Shown here one piece after another: positions 19,348 to 29,906 of a stretch of 64,000 nt of DNA. Both the position numbers and the translations under genes were made by a program. How positions within the stretch are numbered: the stretch's first letter is position 1; each line of letters begins with the position of its first letter. Source of the DNA: Actinomycetota bacterium (GTDB taxonomy: Bacteria; Actinomycetota; Actinomycetes; Nanopelagicales; Nanopelagicaceae); contig WLMW01000002.1 in NCBI GenBank assembly GCA_009700025.1, positions 9,411 through 73,410 of the forward strand. Direction: 5' to 3'. The notes below the pieces were generated by a model. That model worked only from the letters and a program-made list of their open reading frames with translations. It searched no databases and had not been told where the DNA came from.

Positions 19348-20868
19348 ATGACAAGTGCAGCGATTAAACCGGCTTTCTACAAGGCACTCTCTTCTCATAC
19401 TACCCACGATAAATCCACACAAACTATTTCAGCCGGCGTTAATGGAACGGAATCAGCCGGCACCATCGCCCATAGCTTAACCGAAAACATTTACATGGAT
19501 AATGATTTGAATTCACAAGTTGTTGCGTTACTAGCTGCGTTTCCTGGAATTATAACTTTGACTGGCCTTGTTGCAATTGATCCCGCTGACTTAACGCCTA
19601 GTTCCAGAATTGATTATTTGAGTGCTCTTGAACGCCAAAATGCGTGGCTGCAAGCGTTGATGCAAAGAGCGATTATTGCAGTCGCCGGAATCAATCCATC
19701 TAGTCCCGAAAAACCATGGGATGGAGTTGATGAATCAGAGCGCGAAGATATTGCTGCGGCATTGCGCCTTTCCGGAGGAACTGCGCAGATGCGCATCGAT
19801 GTTGCGCGAACCTTGGTGAATCATCTTCCTAATACTTGCTCAGCCCTTGCAATGGGTGAGATCTCTGCATCACACGCAACTGTGATTGCAAAGGAGACTG
19901 CTACAGCCATTCGTGATGGAATTAGTGAATTCGCAATTTATCAGATTGAAGAGCGCGCATTAGCTCATGCTGAATTTCATACTCCAGCACAAGTCGCCAA
20001 TAAGGTTCGAACCACCATCGCCCAGTTAGCTCCTGAAGAGTTTGAGCAAGTTGTCGATCGTGCTCGTGAAACGCGTCGTGTCAGTTGCTACAACGAGGCT
20101 GATGGTATGGCCACAGTTGTTGCGATTTTACCTGCCCAGGATGCGCAGACGGTAATGAAATCTATTGAGGCTTATATCTTGAAGATGAATGAGATTGATG
20201 AGAAAAACCGAAGTGATTATTTAGTCAACCAAAAAGCAAATGACCGCGAATGCGCAGGTGGCAATAACGCAGAAACCGCGACAGACACATGGTCTTTACT
20301 CTCTGCCGATAACAAACGCGCTGATGCTCTCACAGCAATTCTCTCGAAAGCATTAGCAAGCAATGTTGATGTAGTTCGCCCACATCGTCGCCCAGTGACT
20401 ATAAATGTAACAATTGACCTTCCAACGTTGCTTGGTTTGGCAGAAAATCCCGGTCAACTTTCGGGATACGGAGCAATCCCGGCCTCGGTTGCACGTGAAC
20501 TAGCATCAGATGCCACATGGAAAAGATTTATTACAGATCCGCAAACTGGAAACCTTTTAGATTATGGTCGAGAAAAATACGAGCCTCCACAAGCTTTAAT
20601 AGATTTCTTACTCGCGCGAGATCGCACTTGTCGATTCCCCGGCTGTAGACAACCAGCATCTCGTTCCGATATTGATCATGCCCAAAGTTGGGAAACTGGG
20701 GGTGAAACGAAACCAGAAAATCTAGGTCTACTGTGCCGACGTCATCATCGGTTAAAAACACATGGGCGGTGGGATTTAGTCAGCAATATTGATGGTTCAT
20801 GTGAATGGACTTCACCAGTTGGAAAGAAATACTTTGTTCCCGCTCGCCCCGTTGATGAAAACGTTTAA
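19348..20868 (+). CDS. DUF222 + HNH endonuclease (13E12-repeat family)
   Basis: RADAL, GYGAIPA..ARELA, RDRTCRFPGC...DIDH...GGET..ENL..LCRRHHRLKT. Confidence 0.9.
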   Translation: MTSAAIKPAFYKALSSHTTHDKSTQTISAGVNGTESAGTIAHSLTENIYMDNDLNSQVVALLAAFPGIITLTGLVAIDPADLTPSSRIDYLSALERQNAWLQALMQRAIIAVAGINPSSPEKPWDGVDESEREDIAAALRLSGGTAQMRIDVARTLVNHLPNTCSALAMGEISASHATVIAKETATAIRDGISEFAIYQIEERALAHAEFHTPAQVANKVRTTIAQLAPEEFEQVVDRARETRRVSCYNEADGMATVVAILPAQDAQTVMKSIEAYILKMNEIDEKNRSDYLVNQKANDRECAGGNNAETATDTWSLLSADNKRADALTAILSKALASNVDVVRPHRRPVTINVTIDLPTLLGLAENPGQLSGYGAIPASVARELASDATWKRFITDPQTGNLLDYGREKYEPPQALIDFLLARDRTCRFPGCRQPASRSDIDHAQSWETGGETKPENLGLLCRRHHRLKTHGRWDLVSNIDGSCEWTSPVGKKYFVPARPVDENV

Positions 20869-20885
20869 GGTGACATACTTACGCA

Positions 20886-21458
20886 ATGATTTGGTGGCCA
20901 ACGCAAGTTCCTACACTGCACTCTGGGTTAATTACATTGAGAGAGTTGGGAGAAGGCGACATCCAGAATATTTTCTCAGGGTGCCAGGATCCAGTCATTC
21001 CACGTTTCACTCGAGTCCCCGCTAATTACACATTAGGACACGCAGAGTTTTTTATCCGCGAAAAAACACCTCGTTCCATTAAAGAAAAAACAGAGCTTGC
21101 ATTCGCAATTGATTTCGGAAACGGTGCTGATAAGGAATTCGCTGGTGTGATCTCATTCCACAGCATGGATTTGCCAGATCTCACCGCAGAAATTGGCTAC
21201 TGGATTAGCGCCGATATGCGCGGCAAAGGGGTTGGCACCACAGCTGTGCGTGTATTGACTGATTTTGGCTTTAATTCGATGGGCTTTGAGCGCATTGAGG
21301 CGTTAGTTGATATAGAAAACTTGGCGTCCAAGAAACTACTTTCATCTGCTGGGTATACCCTTGAAGGCATACTACGTAAGAAATCTCGTCGATTCGATGA
21401 GGTTCAAATAGATATGGCGTCATTCGCGATAATTCGCGATGAATGGGAGGGGTTGTAA
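20886..21458 (+). CDS. GNAT N-acetyltransferase, RimJ/RimL type
   Basis: AEIGYW...RGKGVGT, ENLAS..L...GY.LEG. Confidence 0.88.
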   Translation: MIWWPTQVPTLHSGLITLRELGEGDIQNIFSGCQDPVIPRFTRVPANYTLGHAEFFIREKTPRSIKEKTELAFAIDFGNGADKEFAGVISFHSMDLPDLTAEIGYWISADMRGKGVGTTAVRVLTDFGFNSMGFERIEALVDIENLASKKLLSSAGYTLEGILRKKSRRFDEVQIDMASFAIIRDEWEGL

Positions 21459-21883
21459 TGGAGGGTCTTGCATATCTAGTCGTGATGTTGATGATGATAG
21501 TTATTTTAGGTGGTCCCTTAGCAATCCTCATAACAATGATCCCAACACGACATATTCTCCTCACTATTCTAAAAAGAATAGTTCACGGTTTCATCATTGC
21601 AATGTCGCTCATGGTCGGGTCAACGTTCCTTTTTAACGCCGAGCTTCCCCTGCCTGTGCATTTAATTGGCCTATTTGGAGTTGCTATGGCCTACATCGCC
21701 ATCCGTCGTGAATATTTTCCTGAAGTAAGAATAATTGGGCCATTGCTTTCACAGTTCGGACTGCGACGCAATGGTTCACAAGGTAATTCGGATTCAGGTG
21801 AGCAGTATGGTCCAGTTATGAAGTGGCGTCGTAATGGACGTTCTGGTGGAAATGATGGGCATGGTCCAGAGGGTCAGCATTAA
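21458..21883 (+). CDS. Membrane protein, hypothetical
   Basis: Three hydrophobic helices; TAATG coupling to GNAT stop. Confidence 0.6.
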   Translation: MEGLAYLVVMLMMIVILGGPLAILITMIPTRHILLTILKRIVHGFIIAMSLMVGSTFLFNAELPLPVHLIGLFGVAMAYIAIRREYFPEVRIIGPLLSQFGLRRNGSQGNSDSGEQYGPVMKWRRNGRSGGNDGHGPEGQH

Positions 21884-21952
21884 TTAATTTTTTGGCCAGC
21901 ATTAATTAATTTTTGGCTCGCGATAGTTAATTGACTTGGTAGTGCGCAAACT

Positions 21953-21995
21953 CCTCCATCAAAACTCAGGAGTCGCCTCCATCAAAACTTAGGAG
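21953..21995. repeat. 20-bp direct repeat pair CCTCCATCAAAACTYAGGAG just beyond the tmRNA 3' end
   Basis: Copies at 21953-21972 and 21976-21995. Confidence 0.8.
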
Positions 21996-22002
21996 ACATT
22001 TG

Positions 22003-22371
22003 TGGAGGTGCCGGGAATCGAACCCGGGTCCTTCGGTGCAAAAACAGGGCTTCTACGGGCGTAGTGTGATTAACGCTTTCTCAGTCCCGAAGTTTTTCCA
22101 CACGACTCTTCGACGAACTCATTTGCGAAACTGTTCTCTCACGTTGTTCGCAACACCAACGCGATGAAGAGCTCTCTGTCGACGCTAGATTCCAGATCGA
22201 GAGCGGCATCTGGGCTAACGGCTTCGATACTTGCTTATGCAGCTAGTTCGAAAGCTTGCTGATTTGTGTCAGCAGTTATTTTTTGCACGGATTATTGGTT
22301 TACGAGATCATTCCGGCTTCCTCGGCCCGCTTCCCCTGCCTCAACATCCAAAGTCGAGACCGTTCACCCCC
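22003..22371 (-). ncRNA. ssrA: tmRNA; tag peptide ADTNQQAFELAA
   Basis: 5' GGGGGTGAA..TCGAC; 3' T-arm GGTTCGATTCCCGG and CACCTCCA acceptor with G3:U; resume codon after AATAACT, tag at 22273-22235; smpB adjacent. Confidence 0.96.
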
Positions 22372-22606
22372 AAGTTGTAAACCTCTATTCGTTGCGTGTA
22401 TCAATGTTGAGGAGTTAAATCTCCCGTCCTTGACGCACGAATGAAGTCACGTTTGGAGAAAAAGAAACGTATTTCTTTCCCCTATTTAATTGTCAATTAG
22501 TACATGGCATTAATTATCAAGTAGTACTTGCCGTCGCAGCATTACCCCAAAAATTGAGGTATCGAAGCGGCGGTGGATTAAGTATAAATGATTAATCTAA
22601 AAAAGG

Positions 22607-23110
22607 TTAATCCTCGTAACGCTTTGAAGCTTTCCCGCTCTTTCCTGAACTCCCGCGGGACACAACGCGCGCGACTTCGCGATCTGCCTCTCTAGCCTTT
22701 ATCGCCTGCCGCTTATCGTGCGATTTTTTACCTCTAGCAACGGCGATTTCAACTTTGGCTTTTCCGTCTTTAAAATAAAGAGAAAGTGGAACCAACGTTG
22801 TTCCTGAGTCTTTAAGTTTTGCCATTAATTTTGTGAGCTCAGACTTGTGCACGAGAAGTTTACGATCGCGTCGGGGAGTGTGATTCGTCCATGTGCCTTC
22901 GGTGTATTCGGGAATATGGACACCACTGAGCCATAGTTCTCCGTCATTAATCATCGCAAAGCCATCAATAAGGGAAGCCCGACCTAGTCGAAGCGATTTC
23001 ACCTCTGTGCCCATTAATACCATGCCGCACTCAAAGACATCTTCTATTGAGTAATCGTGACGTGCCTTTTTATTTTGGGCAATAACTTTGCGGCCAATCT
23101 CTTTAACCAT
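22607..23110 (-). CDS. smpB: SsrA-binding protein
   Basis: [31 protein letters not shown]; start re-called to MVKEIG. Confidence 0.97.
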   Translation of the reverse strand: MVKEIGRKVIAQNKKARHDYSIEDVFECGMVLMGTEVKSLRLGRASLIDGFAMINDGELWLSGVHIPEYTEGTWTNHTPRRDRKLLVHKSELTKLMAKLKDSGTTLVPLSLYFKDGKAKVEIAVARGKKSHDKRQAIKAREADREVARVVSRGSSGKSGKASKRYED

Positions 23111-23248
23111 AACCGCATCACCACCCTCACTTAAAAAACGAGCCATCTCGCTTTATCACTGTGGTGCTTATTCTCTCATTAAGAGTGACATGCATTGACC
23201 CAAACGCGGTGGCGCAACGTCACCACATGAGTGGTTAAAAGTCGTAAG

Positions 23249-24151
23249 TTAAACTTTTAAGTAGCGGCGTAGCGTGATCACGGATGCCGCTGTTGAGACT
23301 AGCAAGCCTGTTGCAAATAAATAGCCTGATGCAACCCATACTTCATTCCAGCCGAAAAACTTAGTGAACGTGAGCAACGGTGCGACTTTTGAATCCACCA
23401 CACTCTTTAATCCGGCCAATAGCCCTGTCGCGAGCGCCCAACCGATGATTGCTGAAATTACTCCTTCTAGAAGAAAGGGAAGTTGAATCGACCACGAGGA
23501 TGCACCGACGAGTTTCATCACTCCGGTTTCGCGGCGACGATTGAATGCAGCGATTCGCAGAGTGTTGCTAATCAAAAGCGCAGCAGTCAGTACTGATGCA
23601 AGACCAACTAGTAGTGCGCCATTTCGCAAAACCTCTAAGAGCTTAAAAAATTTCTCCAGAATACTTCTTTGATCTTGTACAACATCAACTCCAGGTCGGC
23701 CAGAGAAAGCACTCACAATGACGGCAAACTGGGTGGGATCTTTTAGTTTCACACGGAAGGACTCCGGTAACTGATCGGCAGTCACATTTTGAGCGATTGC
23801 AGACTCTTTAAAGCGCTCTTGGAACCGCGCGAAAGCTTGTGACTGTGACTCATAGAAAACGCTCGCTACGGCAGGCATGCTTTGAATATCTTGTTGAATG
23901 GCAAGACGCTGCGCCGATGTGACGATTCCTCCAGCACACGATGGTGCCTCTGAAAGCGACCCACACAAAAAGACAGAAACCTCAATCTTGTCGTACCAAT
24001 AATCTTTCATTGCCCCAACTTGTGCATTTGCAAGCAAACCGATTCCAAGCAATGACAGTGAGATTGCTGTCGTTACGATTACAGCAAAAGTCATCGTCAA
24101 ATTACGACGAAGCCCAATACCTACTTCACTTAATAGAAACCGTGCACGCAT
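23249..24151 (-). CDS. ftsX: Cell division permease FtsX
   Basis: GLRRNLTMT, LPESFRVKL, RRRETGVMKLVGAS..IQLPFLLEG. Confidence 0.95.
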   Translation of the reverse strand: MRARFLLSEVGIGLRRNLTMTFAVIVTTAISLSLLGIGLLANAQVGAMKDYWYDKIEVSVFLCGSLSEAPSCAGGIVTSAQRLAIQQDIQSMPAVASVFYESQSQAFARFQERFKESAIAQNVTADQLPESFRVKLKDPTQFAVIVSAFSGRPGVDVVQDQRSILEKFFKLLEVLRNGALLVGLASVLTAALLISNTLRIAAFNRRRETGVMKLVGASSWSIQLPFLLEGVISAIIGWALATGLLAGLKSVVDSKVAPLLTFTKFFGWNEVWVASGYLFATGLLVSTAASVITLRRYLKV

Positions 24152-24166
24152 CTCTTATTCCTCACT

Positions 24167-24255
24167 CATCTGAATACGCCAATAACAGGTGTAACCCGTG
24201 TAACCCGTGTAACCCGTGTAACCCTATACATCTGAATACGCCACTAACCCGTGTA
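24167..24255. repeat. Duplicated ftsE 3' end with 9-bp tandem repeat GTGTAACCC x4
   Basis: CATCTGAATACGCCA at 24167-24181 and 24229-24243; 9-mers at 24189-24224. Confidence 0.88.
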
Positions 24256-24933
24256 TCCATAGACGCCACGAACTTGATCGCGGATCACGTGGCCTAGGTC
24301 TAACTCAATAACCCGCTTGCGCATCTGGTCTACGATTCCCGAGTCGTGCGTAGCCATTAATACAGTTGTACCCTCGCGATTAATCCGATCAAGTAACTTC
24401 ATAATTCCCACACTTGTAGCTGGGTCAAGATTTCCAGTTGGCTCATCAGCAATCAAAATTGGTGGACGACTTACGTAGGCACGTGCAATGGCCACGCGCT
24501 GTTGTTCTCCTCCTGAAATCTCTGATGGTAAACGATCGCCTTTATCCTCTAGCCCTACGAGCTCTAAGACTTCTGGGACTTCACGGTTGATTTCTTTTTG
24601 TGAATATCCCAATACATGCAGAGCGAAAGCTACATTTTCAGTAATCGTCTTATTCGGCAAAAGTCGGAAATCTTGAAAGACGGTTCCAACCTGTCGGCGA
24701 AGTTCTGGCACTTTATGGCTAGCAAGAGTTCCAAGATCTTTGCCCGCCACATGAATAATTCCTGAGGTAGGACGATCCTCGCGCAAAATTAAACGTAGAA
24801 AAGTTGACTTACCAGAACCTGATAATCCGACGAGAAAAACAAACTCACCTTTAACTATTTCTAGGCTGACTGAGTCGAGTGCAGGGCGCTCTTGTCCCGA
24901 GTAGACCTTGGTGACGTTCTCAAAACGAATCAT
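24244..24933 (-). CDS. ftsE: Cell division ATP-binding protein FtsE
   Basis: [35 protein letters not shown]. Confidence 0.96.
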   Translation of the reverse strand: MIRFENVTKVYSGQERPALDSVSLEIVKGEFVFLVGLSGSGKSTFLRLILREDRPTSGIIHVAGKDLGTLASHKVPELRRQVGTVFQDFRLLPNKTITENVAFALHVLGYSQKEINREVPEVLELVGLEDKGDRLPSEISGGEQQRVAIARAYVSRPPILIADEPTGNLDPATSVGIMKLLDRINREGTTVLMATHDSGIVDQMRKRVIELDLGHVIRDQVRGVYGYTG

Positions 24934-25126
24934 CTAAATCTCCCGAAAAAGTTCAGGCTCACGTCCTATTTCCCGCGAGCACTCTGGCCTTAGTTTATGT
25001 AGATATGCAGTCAATCCGCACATCTAACGCGCAATTTAGCCTATAAAAAGTGTGAGATTAAGCCAATACGCCGCAATTTCCAGCATCAAAGTGGAGGAGT
25101 GATTGTGAACCTCAGTCATAGGGTGC

Positions 25127-26227
25127 TTATGAACTACGGCGCCAACGAATTCCCGCTTCGATGAACTCATCAATTTCGCCATTTAAAACCGCAGACGTGT
25201 TTCCCGTTTCATAATCTGTGCGTAAATCCTTCACCATTTGATAAGGCGCTAAAACATAAGAGCGCATTTGGTTGCCCCAGGATCCAGAGTTATCTCCCTT
25301 CAAGGCGTTCATTTTGGCCTGCTCTTCTTGTCGGCGTCGTTCTAAGAGTTTCGATTGAAGCACTGCCATTGCAGTTGCCTTGTTCTGAATTTGAGATCGC
25401 TCATTCTGGCATGAGACAACAATGCCGGTTGGAATATGAGTTAACCGCACTGCTGAGTCAGTCGTGTTAACGCCTTGACCACCAGGCCCAGAAGAGCGAT
25501 ACACATCTGTACGAATTTCTTTCTCATCAATCTCAACATGATCACTTTGTTCAACAACAGGTACAACTTCAACTCCGGCAAATGATGTGTGGCGGCGACT
25601 TTGACTATCAAACGGTGAGATGCGAACTAAGCGATGCGTACCTTGCTCCACTGATAATGTGCCATATGCATACGGCGCAGTGACACGAAAAGTGGTTGAT
25701 TTTATTCCAGCCTCTTCTGCATATGAAGTTTCTAAAACATCAACTGGATAATTATGGCGCTCGCAGTAGCGTAAATACATTCGCATAATCATCTCTGCCC
25801 AATCAGCGGCCTCTACTCCTCCTGCCTCTGAACGAATAGTTATTAATGCATCGCGATCGTCGTACTCACCATTGAGCAGCGTTTGAACCTCTAACTCACC
25901 TATGGATTTCTTGACGGCATCTAACTCGCGTTCGGCATCATAAACTCCAGATCCATCTGGCTCGCTTGCTGCAAGTTCAAAGAGAATAGGTAAATCTTCA
26001 ACGCGCCTTCGCAGTCCCGTCAACTTATTTATCTCTGCCTGGACTCTTGATAAACGACTAGTTATCTTCTGAGCATTTTCTGGGTCATCCCAAAGGTCAG
26101 GGATTCCTGCCTCTTTTTCTAACTCCACAGACTGGGCCCGTAATTTTGGTAAGTCCAAGACTTTTTCAATGGAAACTAAGGTGGCATTAATCGCATCGAT
26201 CTCTAATGCATATTCACGCGCTGCCAT
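25127..26227 (-). CDS. prfB: Peptide chain release factor 2 (continuous ORF, no frameshift)
   Basis: SPF motif, GPGGQ; start re-called to MAARE (TATCCT 6 nt upstream). Confidence 0.96.
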   Translation of the reverse strand: MAAREYALEIDAINATLVSIEKVLDLPKLRAQSVELEKEAGIPDLWDDPENAQKITSRLSRVQAEINKLTGLRRRVEDLPILFELAASEPDGSGVYDAERELDAVKKSIGELEVQTLLNGEYDDRDALITIRSEAGGVEAADWAEMIMRMYLRYCERHNYPVDVLETSYAEEAGIKSTTFRVTAPYAYGTLSVEQGTHRLVRISPFDSQSRRHTSFAGVEVVPVVEQSDHVEIDEKEIRTDVYRSSGPGGQGVNTTDSAVRLTHIPTGIVVSCQNERSQIQNKATAMAVLQSKLLERRRQEEQAKMNALKGDNSGSWGNQMRSYVLAPYQMVKDLRTDYETGNTSAVLNGEIDEFIEAGIRWRRSS

Positions 26228-26307
26228 GGATGAAGGATAGCCCAGTAGTCCCACGCCATTATGCAGGCAAAATCCTGAATTGGGACTCGCAAATTATGCA
26301 AGCGGGG

Positions 26308-26859
26308 TTAATACAGTCGAACACCAAACAGATAGAAGCCATCGCGCACTTGGTTCGTTGCTCCAACAGTGGACGTTAAATTCGCTGAATTCATCGTTGA
26401 AAAAGGCACAACAAATGGGAATTTAATTTCGGCATAGGTTGAGACTTCTAATGAAGTTCCATCGCATTGCAAATCTGTCAACACTAATCCCTGCAACTCC
26501 CGGCGCTTCAAAGATCCTTGGTCATTGCTCCAGTTATGTAATTCGAGAATCACATCTAGTACTGCTCGATTGCAGTCAATTGGGATTGGCGCATGGTCGC
26601 GATTTGTAAGAAGTGCGAGAGGAGCAGTCAGCATCGTTCCTTTCCCGGTGTAATACGCTGAAGTATTTAAGGAGTGGACTCCACGTTGAGCTGCAGCTTC
26701 TGTAGCTTGTGCTAATGAACGCTTTGCAACCAAAACTGTTGCAACATCAGTCATCACCATCAATGAGGCAACAGTAATAAGAAATAAACCAATGATTACA
26801 ACACTTAGCGATCCTTTCTCATCGCTGAAAGTGTGTCGGCGCAACAATTTTACAGTCAC
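26308..26859 (-). CDS. TadG-like pilus-associated protein
   Basis: Prepilin-like DEKG|S + hydrophobic helix, LAQATEAAA; last gene of pilin block. Confidence 0.7.
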   Translation of the reverse strand: MTVKLLRRHTFSDEKGSLSVVIIGLFLITVASLMVMTDVATVLVAKRSLAQATEAAAQRGVHSLNTSAYYTGKGTMLTAPLALLTNRDHAPIPIDCNRAVLDVILELHNWSNDQGSLKRRELQGLVLTDLQCDGTSLEVSTYAEIKFPFVVPFSTMNSANLTSTVGATNQVRDGFYLFGVRLY

Positions 26860-26937
26860 GAGATTATTCGCTCACATTCATGGGGATTGCTGTTAACAGC
26901 CATGTGAATGTTTGCTCATAGCCAGGTAAATGTATGC

Positions 26938-27447
26938 TCATAGCCAGGGGGTTACTTGTTCCTGTGCTGATGCAATAACTGTGCGATGTGTGCTTGTATC
27001 AATGTATGAAACCGTAATCTGGATTTGTCCATTTGGAGATAGACATGGATTCTCTGAACACGCATACTGGGCTGACAAAGTAGCAATCTCTAAATTCGAG
27101 AGCCCAAGATGGTGTGCAATAACCGAAATTGCTTGTGCAGAAACTTGTCGCCCAGCATGATCGCTCTCGCTCACTACATAAGCGCGTAGGCCTTCTCGCG
27201 CTAAAACTCTTACTATCTCTTCATTTCCACTTATCGATATAAAATTGTTTAAATAGATAAAAATTGGGATAAAAAGAGGAATTGCAAGTGCTACAAACTC
27301 AACTATCGCACTACCGCTATCCTGCTTCAGCCATTCCAAAAGTGTTTTCAGGTTTCGGAACACTTTCCCGAACTGGAAAAATTCTAACTTTGATCTATCG
27401 CCTTTTGACAATGCTAAGTTTGCTGTTTCGAGGTTTGGTCCGTTCAA
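26938..27447 (-). CDS. TadE-like minor pilin
   Basis: QDSG|SAIVEFVALAIPL, LAREGLR. Confidence 0.8.
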   Translation of the reverse strand: MNGPNLETANLALSKGDRSKLEFFQFGKVFRNLKTLLEWLKQDSGSAIVEFVALAIPLFIPIFIYLNNFISISGNEEIVRVLAREGLRAYVVSESDHAGRQVSAQAISVIAHHLGLSNLEIATLSAQYACSENPCLSPNGQIQITVSYIDTSTHRTVIASAQEQVTPWL

Positions 27448-27815
27448 TTGAGTGATTCCATAACTGCGGCACCTCTCACATCTGTGGCTGAAGCTCCGCC
27501 CAGTAATGCGATTAAGCCTGGCACCAACTGAGGCAAACTAGTTTGCCGGTGTGTAATCAGCACACGTATATGTGAAAATTGATCACTCGAATTTAACTCA
27601 ATTAGCTCATCGCTAGCTCGCACCTCACCACTAATCGCTCTCATAGATGCTTCGCCTTGCGCAATTGCGGCATCACCATTGCGCAGGTTTGTGGCAATTA
27701 TCAGCTCAATACCGATGAGAAAAAGTATCAATAACGGGATGAGAACCAATGTGCTTTCAACATTTCCATCATCCTGCTTTAAAGCTTCAAGAAATCTTCT
27801 GATCCCTGTTCTCAT
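27444..27815 (-). CDS. TadE-like minor pilin
   Basis: QDDG|NVESTLVLIPLLILF. Confidence 0.72.
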   Translation of the reverse strand: MRTGIRRFLEALKQDDGNVESTLVLIPLLILFLIGIELIIATNLRNGDAAIAQGEASMRAISGEVRASDELIELNSSDQFSHIRVLITHRQTSLPQLVPGLIALLGGASATDVRGAAVMESLN

Positions 27816-27827
27816 TTAATTTTCCTT

Positions 27828-28012
27828 ACTAGAAATGGTTGTCACTAGAAATGGTTGTGACTAGAAATGGTTGTCACTAGAAATGGTTGTGACTAGAAAT
27901 GGTTGTGACTAGAAATGGTTGTCACTAGAAATGGTTGTGACTAGAAATGGTTGTCACTAGAAATGGTTGTCACTAGAAATGGTTGTCACTAGAAATGGTT
28001 GTCACTAGAAAT
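27828..28012. repeat. Intergenic VNTR: ACTAGAAATGGTTGTS x11 plus 9-bp partial copy
   Basis: 16-bp period; last base per copy C,G,C,G,G,C,G,C,C,C,C; no spacers. Confidence 0.97.
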
Positions 28013-28046
28013 TAATGAGGGTGGAAGGATTCGATTAGTTCAGCTT

Positions 28047-28280
28047 TTAACGAATTCCATTCATGGCATCCAGTGAATTCTTGAGTATTGCCGTCAAGCG
28101 TGGAGCTGCGATTGTCCATATTGCCGTCACTAAACCAGTTGTCATCAACACCACGAGGACCCACCCGGGCACATCACCGCGGTCATCACGAAGGTTTGCA
28201 TAAAAATTTTTATGAACTCGGGTTAATTCGGCGCGAAATGTAATCTCTGCCTTTACAAGTTTTGTTAAAAGATTGTTCAT
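28047..28280 (-). CDS. Flp-type major pilin (actinobacterial)
   Basis: DDRG|DVPGWVLVVLMTTGLV prepilin site, short hydrophobic mature chain; SD GGAGA. Confidence 0.75.
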   Translation of the reverse strand: MNNLLTKLVKAEITFRAELTRVHKNFYANLRDDRGDVPGWVLVVLMTTGLVTAIWTIAAPRLTAILKNSLDAMNGIR

Positions 28281-28384
28281 TATTTCTCCAATGTTATGGG
28301 TTGTTTGGTCTGGGTTGATTGGGTAAGTCTTCTGGTTAGAATGATTGAAACTCTCGGCCCAGATAAGCCTTGTGCATATCTAGT

Positions 28385-29713
28385 TCATCTCTTAGCCGTA
28401 GAATCTTCATTCATTTCTAATATCAGCTTGCTGCCAAAAAGCTCGATAGCCTTTTTAGTCTCACCTCCATTCAGATTCCCCTCTGCAGAAGTCGTGCTCC
28501 AAATGCATCGGCAGTTCGGGTGGCGCGAAAATCGTTTAGTTTCTGGAATTAAAGGTTCGAGAAAGCTCAGATGCAGCTGTGATCCCATGAGTATTGACGT
28601 TCCAGTGTCGATAAAATCCAAAATTGCGTGAGCGGTAATGGCGGCTACATGGTGTGCCATAGCAATTGGCATCTCTTCACTAGTTCCATGAGTAGCAACC
28701 AATTGGCGATGAATTTTTCCATTTCGCTCTTCGTTTGCAAGTGCTAAACATTGAAGACACGGTGTGAATCCAGGTTGTACAAGCGGCCCACATAATGCAA
28801 CTCCTCCAGCGCTCTTGCCAACAATGAGGTGGTCTTGACCGCCACGATTGAACTGCTCAACTAATTCCGGGTCAAAGTTTCCAACAACAACTCGCAAAGT
28901 CTTCTCCGGAAGCGACTGTGGTAAGGCTTTATGAATGGATCCGTGGTTAGATGAAACTGGGAAAAGTGACCATTCGCGAGATAGTTCCTCAAGGCGACCT
29001 CGAAAACTTAGCCCGATATCGCTGACTCGCAGAGCACCTGTGCCCAAATCAGAATCAATGATTGTGGGGTGCTGCTGTGTCGATGAGAGTGCTATCCGAG
29101 TATTGGTAACTCCGCTTGCAAGCAGAATTGAACAGATTAACGCCGCGGTACGAGAGCTTCCAAAAATTTCAATTCCATAGTTTTGTCGCGCTGATAACAG
29201 ATTAACTCCGCCATCATTAGCACCAGCTATCCATGTTGCTTGACTGAGTTCAGGTGCTAATCTTTTCTGTAACTGACTGAAAGCTGCATCCAAGCTTTGA
29301 TCTTTGGTGTGAGCAGCTCGGGATGCGATTGAGGATTGAAATCGATTATGAAGCGTGATTTTGTTTCGAACTGTATCTATAAAATTTGCATCTTTGAGTT
29401 GTTCAAGGACTAAGTCAATCAACTCAATCGGTGCAGACAAAACCTGACTGATTTCGAGCGGAGTTTGCAAACCATTGAGCTCTGCAATTATTGCTCGTGC
29501 GCCTCCGTGGAAAATCTCGATGGCGTGAATTGATGTTGCAACATAGATTGATTTTTCTTTATTGACTGAAGCCCTGCTAATGTAGACACCATTTTTTAGG
29601 CGGGGATATGAAGCATGGAGCAACGATATTTTTTCTAAGCGTTTGGAATCTTCATCCGTGATTTTAAGATCGTCAGGTTCATGTGTAGTTGTCATATGGC
29701 AAAGAATGCGCAC
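28385..29713 (-). CDS. ThiF/E1-like (TOMM cyclodehydratase-like) protein, Rv3196-type
   Basis: LLASGV, GPLVQPGFTPCLQC, RHPNCRC; gene neighbourhood. Confidence 0.7.
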   Translation of the reverse strand: MRILCHMTTTHEPDDLKITDEDSKRLEKISLLHASYPRLKNGVYISRASVNKEKSIYVATSIHAIEIFHGGARAIIAELNGLQTPLEISQVLSAPIELIDLVLEQLKDANFIDTVRNKITLHNRFQSSIASRAAHTKDQSLDAAFSQLQKRLAPELSQATWIAGANDGGVNLLSARQNYGIEIFGSSRTAALICSILLASGVTNTRIALSSTQQHPTIIDSDLGTGALRVSDIGLSFRGRLEELSREWSLFPVSSNHGSIHKALPQSLPEKTLRVVVGNFDPELVEQFNRGGQDHLIVGKSAGGVALCGPLVQPGFTPCLQCLALANEERNGKIHRQLVATHGTSEEMPIAMAHHVAAITAHAILDFIDTGTSILMGSQLHLSFLEPLIPETKRFSRHPNCRCIWSTTSAEGNLNGGETKKAIELFGSKLILEMNEDSTAKR

Positions 29714-29811
29714 GTCAGGGTCGTGTGTTTTTCATTATGTGTGAAAGTGTGGACACAACTGCACTCCGCGAACAGTGAGTGACGCACGCACTACTCAGTG
29801 CAAGTAAGAAA

Positions 29812-29850
29812 GAAAAAAGCCCCTACACGCAAAGGGGTAAGGGCTTTCCC
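29812..29850 (-). terminator. Intrinsic terminator after zinc-ribbon gene
   Basis: AAAGCCC..TAC...GTAAGGGCTTT stem; long T run on minus strand. Confidence 0.65.
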
Positions 29851-29906
29851 TACTGCTAGACGCTCAGCGCTTTGAACGAGAGTTCAGGGTGAGCGAAATT
29901 TAATTA

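Noticed and set aside
17662-22003. Genomic island integrated at ssrA
   Set aside because: No integrase and no duplicated tmRNA 3' end found by eye
22256-22444. 62-aa ORF (also 36435-36632)
   Set aside because: These overlap tmRNA and tRNA-fMet respectively
25127-26254. Programmed +1 frameshift in prfB
   Set aside because: ORF is continuous, as is usual in Actinobacteria
27828-28012. CRISPR array
   Set aside because: Head-to-tail 16-bp units with no unique spacers, and no cas genes in the window
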